Shown: positions 27,221 through 40,577 of the stretch, one piece after another
How positions within the stretch are numbered: position 1 is the first letter of the stretch
Layout: every line of letters begins with the position of its first letter
Source of the DNA: Octopus vulgaris
Taxonomy: Eukaryota
Length of the DNA stretch: 64,000 bases
NCBI GenBank assembly: GCA_951406725.2
Contig: OX597839.1
Location: 5,208,001-5,272,000 of the forward strand
Direction of reading: 5' to 3'
Notes under the pieces: generated by a model
What the model was told of the DNA's origin: nothing
Databases searched by the model: none
What the model saw: only the letters and a program-made list of their open reading frames with translations
Made by a program: the position numbers and the translations under genes

Positions 27221-27769
27221 CAGAGGCATACACAGAGTTTTATCTACGAAATTTATTCGTGTATTATTCGTAGTACTTTATACAGGATTTTAACAGAAAC
27301 GAAAAAAAAAAATCCCCCTCTTCCCCTAGTTTTCAGTCTCTCACTCGCTATAATGTTTATATAATGCAAAAGAGTGTACAGAAGATGCCCACTAAGACTT
27401 ACTAAATTGAGAGGGAGAGAGAGAGAGAGAGAGAGGAAGAAGAGATAGACGACAGACAGACAGAGATAAGAAAGTGAAGTGAAGATTGCGGCTGTACGTT
27501 TGTATGTTGTCAAACTCTTTGTTTGTCAACCAACTTCTGCCACTCTTTAATATTTATGAATTTATTTTTGCATTTGTTTTCCCACCACCTCGTCCTCTCT
27601 CTCTCTTTCTCTCTCACTGTCACTCTTTTTCATCGGATAATAATGTGGTATACAGAATGTGAGAAACGTATGGCAATAGAGAGATGCTGAGTAAGTGAAG
27701 ATAACGATGGTGATGATAGCGGTGGTACGTTCGTGCGACATTCAAATACTCTTTTTTTCCCTCATTCAG

Positions 27770-27988
27770 TCTGGCAGAACCGTTAGCACGCCGGGCGAAA
27801 TGCTTAGCAGTATTTCGTCTGTCGATACGTTCTGAGTTCAAATTCCGCCGAGGTCGACTTTGCTTTCATCCTTTCGGGGTCGATTAAATAAGTACCGTTT
27901 GTCTGTCCTTGTTTGTCTCCTCAATCCGTTTGTCTGTCCTTGTTTGTCCCCTCTGTATTTAGCCCCTTGTGGGTAATAAAGAAATAAA
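27770..27988 (+). mobile_element. SINE family A with internal deletion and duplication
   Basis: ccgtttgtctgtccttgtttgtc present twice; the segment after aagtacc is missing. Confidence 0.88.
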
Positions 27989-28110
27989 TGTTAGCCTTAT
28001 TCTTTCATTTCGATATCTATCTGCCCCTCTTTCTTTTCCCTCTCTTTCTCTGTTGGTTTCTAACAGTGAAATACAGAGAATGAGCGAGACACATATAGGA
28101 AATAAATATC

Positions 28111-28152
<42 letters not shown>

Positions 28153-28796
28153 AGAGGGAGAGAGAGACAGACATACAGGCAGAGAGGGGTTCAGAGATGT
28201 ATGTTAATCTGAGTTTATCTGAGTGTTCAGTAATAAGGAATTTGTGGATGAAATTCCGAAGGCCGTCTTTAAGGGCCACAAATTTCGCTAGTTTCCCACT
28301 CACAATAAAAAAAACACTTCCAAAAATGAAAAGAAAAATAATAACTGACAGGCGTTCATTTACATGGCTGCAGTCTGTTAACAGAAACTAGTTCAGTAAT
28401 AACAAAAGTGAATTAAAATTTTTCGAAATTTACTCGAAAGGTTTCGTGTTCTCGACGAATCTGTCTAACGATTGGTTGTATTCAAAATCCAATCAATTGT
28501 TTAATGTTTCCCTTTATAATTAGTTTATATTGTAATTATATTTATTGCTCATTTATTTTCATTTTATAAATATTACATTATTATTCGACACCTATTTTAA
28601 TTTGAATGTTAATTTTATTTAAATAATAAAAAATGCTCGTTATACTATTTTGAACATATTTTAATTTGAGAATTAATTTTGTTTCCTCATTATTTCTATA
28701 ATTACACTATTTCATAATAATAAATTCGCAAAACAATTTTTAAAAAATGTAATTGAAAAAAATAAATACATAGGGATTTTGAAAACTGTATTATAG

Positions 28797-29310
28797 GTTT
28801 CAAATTTTGCCACAAGGCCAGCATTTTCGAGTAAGGAGTTAAGTTGTTGTTGTCGTTTGTTCCTTCTCGAGCCATACCTGGCTCATAAGGGCCGGTTTCC
28901 CGGTTTCTTGGCGTATAGGTTCTCCACCTGGACGGCACGCCGGTCCGTCGCAGGTGAGCTGCAAGATGCAGAAGGAAAGAGTGAGTGAAAGTTGTGGCGA
29001 AAGAGTCAGCAGAAGTTTTGCCATTACCTTCTGCCGGAGCCGCGTGGAGCTTAGGTGTTTTGCTCATAAAAGCACACATTCTGAGATTCGAATCCGCGAT
29101 GCCTCGACCGCGAGTCCGCTGCTCTAACCACTAGGCCATGTGCCTCCACAAGGAGTTAAGTCGATAACGTCGACTCCAATGCTCGACTTTTACTTACTTT
29201 ATCGATGAAAAGCAAGTCGACCTGGGCAGAATTTCAACTCAGAAAGTAAAGACGGACGAAATGCAAAACATTTTACCCAGCGTGCTAAGGATTCTGCCAA
29301 CTTTCCGCAT
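28797..29310 (-). mobile_element. old SINE family A hosting a nested SINE
   Basis: Halves at 28797-28844 and 29150-29310. Confidence 0.7.
28845..29149 (-). mobile_element. SINE family C, tail type 3 (V-domain-like, (CAA)n end)
   Basis: 12-bp TSD aaggagttaagt at 28833-28844 and 29150-29161; cctgcgacggaccggcgtgccgtccagg motif. Confidence 0.88.
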
Positions 29311-29770
29311 TATAGGCTCACATATATCAAGATAAAACTTAGACAGAAATGATAGCAAGGGGGTAAAAACAAATGAAGCTTGTGTAAGTATGCCCCTTGG
29401 GCCCTGGGTTATCACACTTTGAATTCTAAGTTGTTATCATGTTAAGGTCACTAATACCATATGTTTTCCAAACTCGAGAAGAGAAAATAATTCACCAAAA
29501 CTATTTAATAATCCCAACAGTTTCAGAACGATAGGCTGTAATATTAAGAAGATCTGAATGGGTTCACTAGCTGGATCGTCTATGAATCCTTAATTTTCCT
29601 TTAGCATGCCTAGAGCAGTGACTCTCTTACTTGGGGTCCATATGACCCTTCGCGGGTCTATACAAGATTTTATTGTCCAATGAGACTTAAACGTAAATAA
29701 TAGATATGCAGCAATATTTAGGAATAAAATTACAGTCGGCCACAGTTTGACTAGTAACTTAGCTACTATC

Positions 29771-30298
29771 ATAAAGGAAAGAAAGGGGTCAATAAATACT
29801 TGCCATTACATTGTAATCAACCAAATATAAACCACTTCGTTGCACAATGTGTCTTCATCTTTCCTTTAACTTGAAAATACCCTCTTCCCAGAATTGAGGT
29901 GGTTTCATGGCAAAGAATTCATCAAACTATCTTTTTACGTCATCCAACGAATTGAAATCTTTACCATTAAGACTATTCTGCAGAGATCTGAATAAGTGGA
30001 AATCCGAAGGAGCAATATTTCGTGAATATGGAGGGTGGAGCAACACATCCCAGCCAAGCTGCAGCAATTTTTGTCTGGTTCCCAAAGCATCAAGTGCCGA
30101 AAATGAACTTCTTATCTTCCATTTTAAAGGGTTACAAAATTAACACAGGTTATAGGAAAAGATAGCTTAAAAGATAGCTTAAACTGTGCTCTAAATGGAG
30201 GTGTAGTCAAATCTTATTTTATGGACTCAACCATGTTCTAAAATGAGTCGAAAGGTAAGCTACTATGAATCGGCACGAACTTTCCGGACAAACCAATA
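29771..30298 (-). mobile_element. internally deleted mariner transposon
   Basis: TA + TIR-like ttggtttgtccggaaagttcgtgccg; N-terminal MEDKK../RHLML fused to C-terminal LGTRQKLLQLGWDVLLHPPYSRNIAPSDFHLFRSLQNSL (YSPDLAPSD motif). Confidence 0.9.
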
Positions 30299-30319
30299 GA
30301 TAGTTAGATAGATAGAGAG

Positions 30320-30388
<69 letters not shown>

Positions 30389-31380
30389 GCAGACAGTCAG
30401 AGAGAAAGGCAAAAGACAAGTAGGTATCAATATAGATGTATAGAAGATATATGTGCATTTGTACATATATATTTGTTTGTATATACGTGTGTATGTGTTT
30501 GTGTGTTTGTGTACATATATACGCAGACGTTTACATATGAATGTTTATATGTTTGTGCACGTAATTATGTTTCTGTGTCAGTTTGTAGTTGTACTGAGTT
30601 CGTAAATCGATATAGAGAGATAAAAGTGTGTACAGTTACTACCTTCTATGCAAAAAATCGGAGTTGATTGATTTTATAAAATAAGCACTCGAGTGAAGTC
30701 AAAACTAATGTCGACATATTTCACTAAATCCTTTTAAAGTTTTCGTCCAAACACGACTACAGCCGAATGAATGAAAGCAGAATACAAGAACAATTAACTA
30801 GAGACCCTATTGGGTTAATAATAATCAATGCCGAGTAAAAAGATTGAAAACTAAACACAGATATCATCTCCGTCTGGCAATGGACAGACGTTTGGTCTAG
30901 AACTACATATGCCATCAACTGAAGCGTTACTGATTGCTACGAACCTGATGTAATTACGAGGTGTTTTGATAGCAAGGTTGCACAGTATAATTGTATGCTA
31001 CTGGTTACCTAGATACAGCGTTCCTGATTTCCATATGTAAACTGATAATATAATTTAGTATTATTATTACATGGTTAAAAGTGTTGAGATGTTGGATTGT
31101 GTGGATGTCGAGGTTGTTGGTGGTGGTGGTGGGGGTTGATTTCGGGTGTGTTGCTAGGGAGATATTGTAATGGCATATCTACGTACATGTGCATCTATGC
31201 ATTCATACACAGAGAGACAGGCACAGACGCTTGCACACATACCTAGAGACACACACACACACATACACACACCATATATACGTGTGAGCGTCGATAAAGC
31301 AGTACATGTTACATATATTGATTATGTATTTCGCATCCTGACCGAGAAACCTTATATATCTACTGTTCATATATGTATAT

Positions 31381-31439
<59 letters not shown>

Positions 31440-31597
31440 TGTATTTACGCCTGTGTGTGCGTGTATATATTTATATACGTGTGTGTGTCCGTGTCCGTGT
31501 GTAACCTCGAGCAATATATAACTGCTTATTGGATTATAACTGGTTTCCATGATGATACAGTCGAGTCCGCATAGGTCGTTGCACCTGACAATATGGA

Positions 31598-31636
<39 letters not shown>

Positions 31637-31897
31637 AAAGTAAGATAGGGGTTATGGGTGTAACCCACTTTGGGATAGCATTTATCCAATATACACAGGC
31701 TGAAACAGCTGTAAAAAGTGATTTTAATTATCTCAATGATTTATATTATGACTTTTATAATTTGTATTCTTATCTTATATGTATTGAATTACAAGATATA
31801 TATGTATGCTATTGAGGTTCTCATTTTGTTAAGTGAATGAATAATCCAACATTCTAATATCCGAAAGTTGATGAACAAACTAAATTTGCTTCTCCAT

Positions 31898-32415
<518 letters not shown>

Positions 32416-32506
32416 TATAAATATGAAAATGGAGAAACAAATTTAGTTTGTTCATCAACAAAATGGTTCATCAACTTGTACATATACTCATATATATATA
32501 TACATA

Positions 32507-32555
<49 letters not shown>

Positions 32556-32559
32556 GAGG

Positions 32560-32790
32560 ACGAATAGCCGAGTGTTTCGGGCGTTGCGACGATCGCAACA
32601 TCTTGGTTTGAATTCCTGTAGCGGATGATGCGTTTTGTTCTTGACCAATACTACAAAACCTCGAGCTGTACTACACCGTGCAACTGTTCAGGAAACGTTG
32701 ATGTCATAGAGAGCGTGAGCTGATGTACAACACAAACATCTTACCACTACGTACAAATCATTTGTGCAGTTAGTTCCGGAAAAACTGATC
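32560..32790 (+). mobile_element. old tRNA-SINE remnant
   Basis: gccgagtgtt..ggcg, ggtttgaattcc B-box, ttgttcttga CORE-like start. Confidence 0.5.
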
Positions 32791-33016
32791 ACACATACAC
32801 AGACTTCGACAGGAGATTTCGGCACGCAAGTGTGCGTATATGTATATATGTACGTCTCTTCTTCCGATAAAGTAGGAACTGGATTCTAACGAAGACATGA
32901 AGCTTCATGTTTGTATTGCAACAGCAAGGGTTTGGGAAAACAATGTCATATTTTAAACTTCGGAAAAGTCTTACGTTGGTATGTATGTATGTATGTATGT
33001 ATGTATGCATGTATGT

Positions 33017-33105
33017 AAAAAGTCACATTCGATCACAGCACCAGTAACAGTTAAGCTTCGTGCAATGGCGATACTCGATAACGAGGGGGCAGCCATAATA
33101 ATGTA
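33017..33105 (+). mobile_element. ~85-bp mini retroposon in (TATG)n
   Basis: Near-identical to 62759-62845; 3' half identical to the tail of 33185-33740. Confidence 0.75.
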
Positions 33106-33155
33106 TGTATATATGTATGTCAGAAAAGTCTTACATTTGTATGTATGTATGTATG

Positions 33156-33184
<29 letters not shown>

Positions 33185-33186
<2 letters not shown>

Positions 33187-33740
33187 GGTCACTTTCGAGT
33201 GCTACTGGTAACATGTAACCCAGTACAATCTGTTGCATGTTCGGGTCGTCAGCGACTAAACCGGCAACCCCACCTAGCTTGCTTGGTGAGGAGGGTGTTA
33301 ATTGAACACCCTGCGTGATGAAAAACAAAACCCGTCAAAGGGCGGAGGAACTCTTGAGAGTCAACGGCCCTGCAATAAATGTCTTAAGGCTGCATCATGC
33401 GCGGGGACATAGAAATAATCGGACTGAATACCCGATCGCGCGGTTAAACCATTGGTAGTGAAGGACTTCTAGCCTTTGTTAGGGCATCCTTCTAGGAGAA
33501 GGTAACTCACGTAACTGGGATAACTCCGACATAAAACCTGTGGCTCAGTGGTTACCGATGATGTTGACTTGTTCTTCTTTTCGGATTATGGCTGCTGTTG
33601 CTTAGTGAGTGGGATTGACTCAGTGCACAGCCTTTCCTCACTTTAAAAAAATCTTCTTGCACAGGCATTGCACGATAACAACATTGATTAAGCTTCGTGC
33701 AATGGCCATACTCGATAACGAGGAGGCAGCCACCATGTAT
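33185..33740 (+). mobile_element. non-autonomous RTE-related retroposon with (TATG)n tail
   Basis: No ORF; internal ggcatccttctaggagaaggtaactc resembles the recalled RTE 5'UTR motif; flanked by (TATG)n. Confidence 0.6.
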
Positions 33741-34733
33741 GTATGTATGTATGTATGTATGTATGTATGTATGTATGTATGTATGTATGTATGTATGTAT
33801 GTATGTATGTATGTATGTATGCATGCATGCATGCATGCATGTATGTATGTGTGTATGTATGTATGTATGTATTTATGTATGTATGTATGTATGTATGTAT
33901 GTATGTATGTATGTATGTATGTATGTATGTATGTATGTATGCATGCTTGTATAAACACACTCTGATGCACCATGGACAATCTTCTTCAATAATTCCCGGA
34001 TCGACTCTTCAGCTTCTTCATCTTCGTAACATCATCTTCATTTTCGATAGGACCATATTTTTGGATATTTTACCTGATTTCTCTGGATTATTCTTATCAG
34101 CTTTATGGATTTCATACCGTTTTATTTGGCTTCTAGTCACGAAGTTCTTTTATTTCCTAATGTTTGTCCGAACATCCCCCACCCCACTGTTTCACAGTAA
34201 CGCGCCTTGAAAGGTGTTTCTCCACTCCACCATGCTTCTGTTTGTGCACTCAAACGCACAGAGATGCCACTTTTCCCCCATGCCCTTGCTATCGCATATG
34301 CTTCATCGCCGCCTTTATTCCCACTCACTTGAGCACAATTTCACGTCCATGTACACTCGCTTTCCACAAATAATTTCATAGTTAAATACACCCCAACATG
34401 CCACAGTACCATGAATCAATACCACCTAACTCGCCCATTTGCGTACAACAATACCCATTAATATACAACACCAAGACAGAGAGACCACACTCTCTTATGC
34501 TTCCTTCCAGTCCTTGATACGCTCAAAAGCATGCGCGCCATTCCTTTCCCTTTTATATACAATTACAATTTCCGATTCGTACTTTCTCTATGTTTCTAAT
34601 TTTCATTCTTTATGTTTGATGACTGATACACAACCGAAACGTTAAGTCAAACTCTTCATTGAATCGTGAAATTAATACCGTATTAAGAGTTCGATGCTTA
34701 TTATTTTAGTTGGTGTGTATTTTCTTTGACCTA

Positions 34734-34829
<96 letters not shown>

Positions 34830-34834
34830 CTTAC

Positions 34835-34894
<60 letters not shown>

Positions 34895-34901
34895 ATGTAT
34901 G

Positions 34902-34938
<37 letters not shown>

Positions 34939-34939
34939 G

Positions 34940-34980
<41 letters not shown>

Positions 34981-34988
<8 letters not shown>

Positions 34989-35268
34989 ATCACGTGACCG
35001 ACCAGACCATCAGATGTTGCTACACATCGCTGATCACAATGCGTTCGCATTGTTTTAGCCTTCGAATGACGCCACCTCGCTGGCTAAGCGAGCAGGCCAA
35101 CAGAAGAAAGATTGAAAGAGTACAGCAGGGATCACCACCCCCTGCCGGAGGGTCGTGGAGCTTTTACGTGTTTTCGCTCAATAAACACTCACAACGCCCG
35201 GTATGAAAATCGAAACTACGAACCTACGACTGCGAGTCTGCTGCCCTAACCATTGGGCCATTGCGCCT
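34981..35268 (-). mobile_element. SINE family C, tail type 1
   Basis: Homologous to 3083-3384, with a short internal deletion. Confidence 0.88.
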
Positions 35269-35295
35269 ACACACACACACACACACACACACATA

Positions 35296-35350
<55 letters not shown>

Positions 35351-35352
<2 letters not shown>

Positions 35353-35473
35353 GATTCCAGGTTCAGTCCCACTGTGTGGCACCTTGGGCAAGTGTCTTCC
35401 TCTATAGCCTCGGGCCGACCAAAGCCTTGTGAGTGGATTTGGTAGACGGAAACTGAAAGAAGCCCGTCGTATA

Positions 35474-35531
<58 letters not shown>

Positions 35532-35751
35532 GTGCGTGTATGTTTGTGTATGTGTTTGTCCCCCTAGCATTGCTTGACAACCGATGCTGGTGTGTTTATG
35601 TCCCCCGTCACTTAGCGTTTCGGCAAAAGAGACCGATAGAATAAGTACTGGGCTTACAAAGAATATGTCCCGGGGGCGAGCTGCTCGACTAAAAGGCGGT
35701 GCTCCAGCATGGCCGCAGTCAAATGACTGAAACAAGTAAACGAGTAAAAGA

Positions 35752-35753
<2 letters not shown>
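35351..35753 (+). mobile_element. SINE family B (5' end lost)
   Basis: Homologous to 20216-20639. Confidence 0.9.
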
Positions 35754-35799
<46 letters not shown>

Positions 35800-35814
35800 A
35801 TATATATATATGGA

Positions 35815-36187
35815 TGGAAGCACTCCGTCGGTTACGACGACGAGGGTTCCGGTTGATCCGATCAACGGAACAGCCTGCTCGTGAAATTAACGTGTAAGTG
35901 GCTGAGCACTCCACAGACACGTGCACCCTTAACGTAGTTCTCGGGGATATTCAGCGTGACACAGAGAGTGACAAGGCCGGCCCTTTGAAATACAGGTACA
36001 ACAGAAACAGGAAGTAAGAGTGAGAGAAAGTTGTGGTGAAAGAGTACAGCAGGGATCACCACCATTCCTGCCGGAGCCTCGTGGAGATTTTAGGTGTTTT
36101 TCGCTCAATAAACACGGTCTGGGAATCGAAACCGCGATCCTACGACCGCGAGTCCGCTGCCCTAATCACTGGACCATTGCGCCTCCA
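35815..36187 (-). mobile_element. SINE family C, tail type 2
   Basis: Reverse complement of 18159-18542. Confidence 0.92.
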
Positions 36188-36188
36188 C

Positions 36189-36222
<34 letters not shown>

Positions 36223-36759
36223 CATCACGCACACACATACACGTGTGCGTTCATACAGACGCACCTATTGATGACCTCACTCTCTTCATACTACATTCCC
36301 TCATTACGATATCTGCCAAGCAAACAATGATCATTTACAAACCTGAACGCGCATGGATGTTTTGCTATATTAAGCCACGCGTATTTGCGTACACAGAGTC
36401 CGTAGCGAATAAAATGTGTATTTGCTTTTATCGACATGTAACTAAGCTATTAACGTTGTTTAATAATTAACTGATTATTAGGATGCTCCCGGCCTGACGA
36501 TTAAACAAGCAACGATATGGAAGTATTAATATGGAAGTAAATCTTGAAAGTACAATGGAAGCTTCTAAGCAGTCACACCATCTGCTAAAAATAGCAGCCA
36601 AATATCCGTTGTCCCTTTTACTGCAGAATTAAATTTCATGGTTAGTCTAGTTTATGATGTTAAATATAAGCAAAAAGAAAGAAAAAAATTAACAACAACA
36701 ACAACAACAACAATAACAACAACAACAACAACAACAACAAGAACAACAGCAACAACAAC

Positions 36760-36827
<68 letters not shown>

Positions 36828-36828
36828 C

Positions 36829-36863
<35 letters not shown>

Positions 36864-36864
36864 T

Positions 36865-37422
36865 AAATGCCCTGATGCAGTACCAGGCAGTGGCTCTCAT
36901 GGCTTCTGATCTTAACTGATTGGAAGTGTTATCATGTACATTGTTTTGTCTTGGTATAAAAGATGGGCTACAGCAAATATTCTGCTCAATACCACAGATT
37001 TGCTTGTCAGTTGTTTGACCTTAACCAGTTGAGCATGTCCCCTAGTGGCTGACGATATGTGCATCTCTGATCACGAGCAGAAGTAGTGGGGGAGCATCAT
37101 AGCCATGTGTTGAGAGGGATGCTTTGGGGTTTGAATAGTTCACCTCTGGAAACATGGGTGGTTCTTTCAACATCCTTAAACAACCCTTATTCGGGGACCG
37201 TTTGAGCGGGATGGGCTACTCAACCTGAAGAAAATTCAAACTGGGCCCCACCTGCAAGGTCATGTGCTGTTTATCTTGATATGAGATCACCATGTCGCGC
37301 ACATATGGTTGTGATGCATGTGCCTGGTGCACCTTTATCAGACGGGTAGTCATGATGGGTATATTGGGCTTCGTATATTTTACCCCAGTGTCACTTTGAT
37401 GGCATGAACTGCTCTCTCACTC
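36865..37422. mobile_element. unclassified ~560-bp element embedded in (TAA)n
   Basis: GC-richer island with sharp borders, (TAA)n directly on both sides, no long ORF. Confidence 0.5.
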
Positions 37423-37679
37423 AATAATAATGATAATAATAATTTCGTTTTTGGATTTGGTTTGCAAGATTCTTTATATGAGTTCGTGTGTTGAAGCATA
37501 TTCTGCTGTGTCTGGGGAGAGTCATTTTCATTTTGTAAAAAGGTTGCAAGACGTAACGAAAATTTTAGGAAAATAAAAATAAGAAATAAGTGGAAATTTT
37601 ACCGGTGAGTGTGTTACATTATAAGGCACAAAAAGAAAATGACTCTCTCGAGACACGGCAGAATAATAATAATAATAAT

Positions 37680-37716
<37 letters not shown>

Positions 37717-37765
37717 ATATATAATATATATATAATATATATAATATATATAACATATATATATA

Positions 37766-38066
<301 letters not shown>

Positions 38067-38460
38067 TATATCCCCTTTGTGCTAATTTAATTCACCCAAT
38101 TAATTTTTTTGTCACTGATACTTTTAATTCCAAAGATATGTGATGTATGCTGTATCGATTTAATTCCCTAAACTACCCCCTACCCCATAGGTGTGGCCCT
38201 ATATCAGTCACAGTTCAGAAGCTGTAACTAATACAAGAGAGAAAGAAAATAAAAATTACTAACAGAAACAACAAACGATAGGAACTATATTTGCACAAAA
38301 GATAAGTTATTACGTCTAGGTATGAATTTAATGTATCGAAGTCAGAGGTTTTGAAAAACGCAATCTATAATTTCAGGCTATATAATTAAGTTTGCATAAT
38401 TATGCATGTAAGTGTATGTGTGTACGCAGCTGTGTATGTGTATATATATATATATATATA

Positions 38461-38508
<48 letters not shown>

Positions 38509-38632
38509 TGTGTTCGCGTGTTGTCAGTGTTTGTGTGTTCTGAGTCTTTGTAATTAAAGATGAGATATTTATGGGCATGTAATTAGCTATCTGTGATTAG
38601 TATATATGTATACACACAGCACACACATATTA

Positions 38633-38695
<63 letters not shown>

Positions 38696-38746
38696 TATAC
38701 ATATTTGTGTATGTTTACATACATATGCATAGATAGGCATACACAC

Positions 38747-38861
<115 letters not shown>

Positions 38862-39513
38862 CGTTATGAATCAGTAAATAGGACGTGTAATTAAGGATGT
38901 ATAATTAACTGTGAGTAATTAGTGGGTTATATACTTGCAACGACTTCTAATTAACGATGACTAGGTTTGCGTGTGTAAACTATAGTTATGGAAGGGCCAA
39001 TACCTGTGTAAATAAGGGATTTTGTTTATCTATGTAAGTGTGTGCGTGTATCCGTGTGTATGTGTTTGTTTTTGTGTGCGTGTGTGCGTGTGCGAGTTCG
39101 TGTGTGTGTACGTATGTGCGTGTATGTGGCTAAAGGTGTATAAGTGTTATAGCAGAGCGAATCGTATTTCTTGTTTGTTTATTTTATCACTCCAACTGAT
39201 CCCCAATGAAGTAGTCATATCATTGCAGACGTTCCCAGCGTGAACCTCCTGTCTACCTTTAGAAGCCTGCATAACAGAGGAGTTAGTCCTTCATCACTAT
39301 AAATCCCTCCCCAGATTCATGACGCTCACATTGTAATTTACGGCCAATCGATATTTATTTCGTGTTGGTTGTACGACCGCGAACACGTTCGCTCCTGCGT
39401 TGCTTCAGGTAGATGCATTTGATTGCCAAATCGTTAGAACCCCATCATTTTCCAACCCTTTGCCTACAATGTGCTTGGAGGTTATAGCACCCGGGCGACG
39501 CCGGGATGCACTG

Positions 39514-39548
<35 letters not shown>

Positions 39549-39552
<4 letters not shown>

Positions 39553-39930
39553 CGTATATTTGCCATTTGAATATGGCTAACCCCTAAGGGTGGCTGCTAC
39601 TGTAGTTTGTAGCACCAGGAGGACACCTCCTCCAGCTGGCTATAGACACACTTTGCAAAGGGAAGCCATCCTTCCCGTCTTCAACTTATGATACACACGG
39701 ACTCGAGTTTCAGGGTATTGACCCGTCATCGGCGTATGACAATCACAGTTGTCGATGAGAAGCATGTTCCCTTCACAAATACATATACTTTTTCCAGTAT
39801 CGATTGACACTGATATTGAAAAAGTGAAATCAAACAATGATAAATCTCAGAGAGAGTTATAAACAGTAGCAGCAACACATCGTGACGTATATTTGCCATT
39901 TGAATATGGCTAACCCCTTAAGGGTGGATG

Positions 39931-39931
<1 letters not shown>
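39549..39931 (-). mobile_element. Penelope-like partial tandem (pseudo-LTR)
   Basis: ~45-bp direct repeat gtgacgtatatttgccatttgaatatggctaacccc..aagggtgg at 39549 and 39882 with a hammerhead motif between; (TA)n flanks. Confidence 0.62.
39694..39738 (-). ncRNA. type I hammerhead ribozyme-like motif
   Basis: cauacg-CcGAUGA-cGGGU caau ACCCu-GAAAC ucga GUC-cgugug: three stems and a GUC triplet, with a U4C change. Confidence 0.65.
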
Positions 39932-39970
<39 letters not shown>

Positions 39971-40324
39971 TTACATTGTGAAATACGATGAAAAAATTTG
40001 AGAAAGATATGGTGTATAATGATTTTTTGTGCAGGGGTTCCCTGACATATGCAGTTTATTTCAAGGGATACGCAAGGATGCAAATAAGATTCAGAAACAC
40101 TGGTGTAGAGGAACAATAAGGTTAGCTGAGTTGGAATTTGAACTCAGAACATGAAGAACCGTAACTAAATACCACAAGGCATCTGTGTGCATTGTTCTAC
40201 CATTCTTGCCAATCGCTACCAGTCATTTACGCACAAGGCCTGCAATTTGTGCGGCGGGGTAAATGGATTAACAAAGTCACTAACGTCACAATCCCCACCG
40301 CAACCGTTATCCTCCTATCTTCGA

Positions 40325-40577
40325 AGGCGGCAAGCTGGCAGAATCATTAGCGGCGAGCTGGCAGAATCGTTAGAACGCCGGGCGAAATGCTTAGCGGTAT
40401 TTCGTCTGCCGCTACGTTCTGAGTTCAAATTCCGCCGAGGTCGACTTTGCCTTTCATCCTTTCGTGGTCGATAAATTAAGTACCAGTTACGCACTGGGGT
40501 CGATCTAATCGACTTAATCCGTTTGTCTGTCCTTGTTTGTCCCCTCTGTGCTTCGCCCCTTGTAGGCATTAAAGAAA
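40325..40577 (+). mobile_element. SINE family A with duplicated 5' head
   Basis: 17-bp TSD tatcctcctatcttcga at 40308-40324 and 40578-40594. Confidence 0.93.

Noticed and set aside
27392-27620. Minus-strand donor TTA|GTAAGT near GA/CT tracts
   Set aside because: Preceded by a CT microsatellite, with no acceptor or coherent frame; a promoter here cannot be supported from sequence alone.
34612-34660. Hammerhead-like ttgatgactgatacacaaccgaaacgtta
   Set aside because: Core and stem II are decayed; probably an old Penelope-like relic but too degenerate to call.
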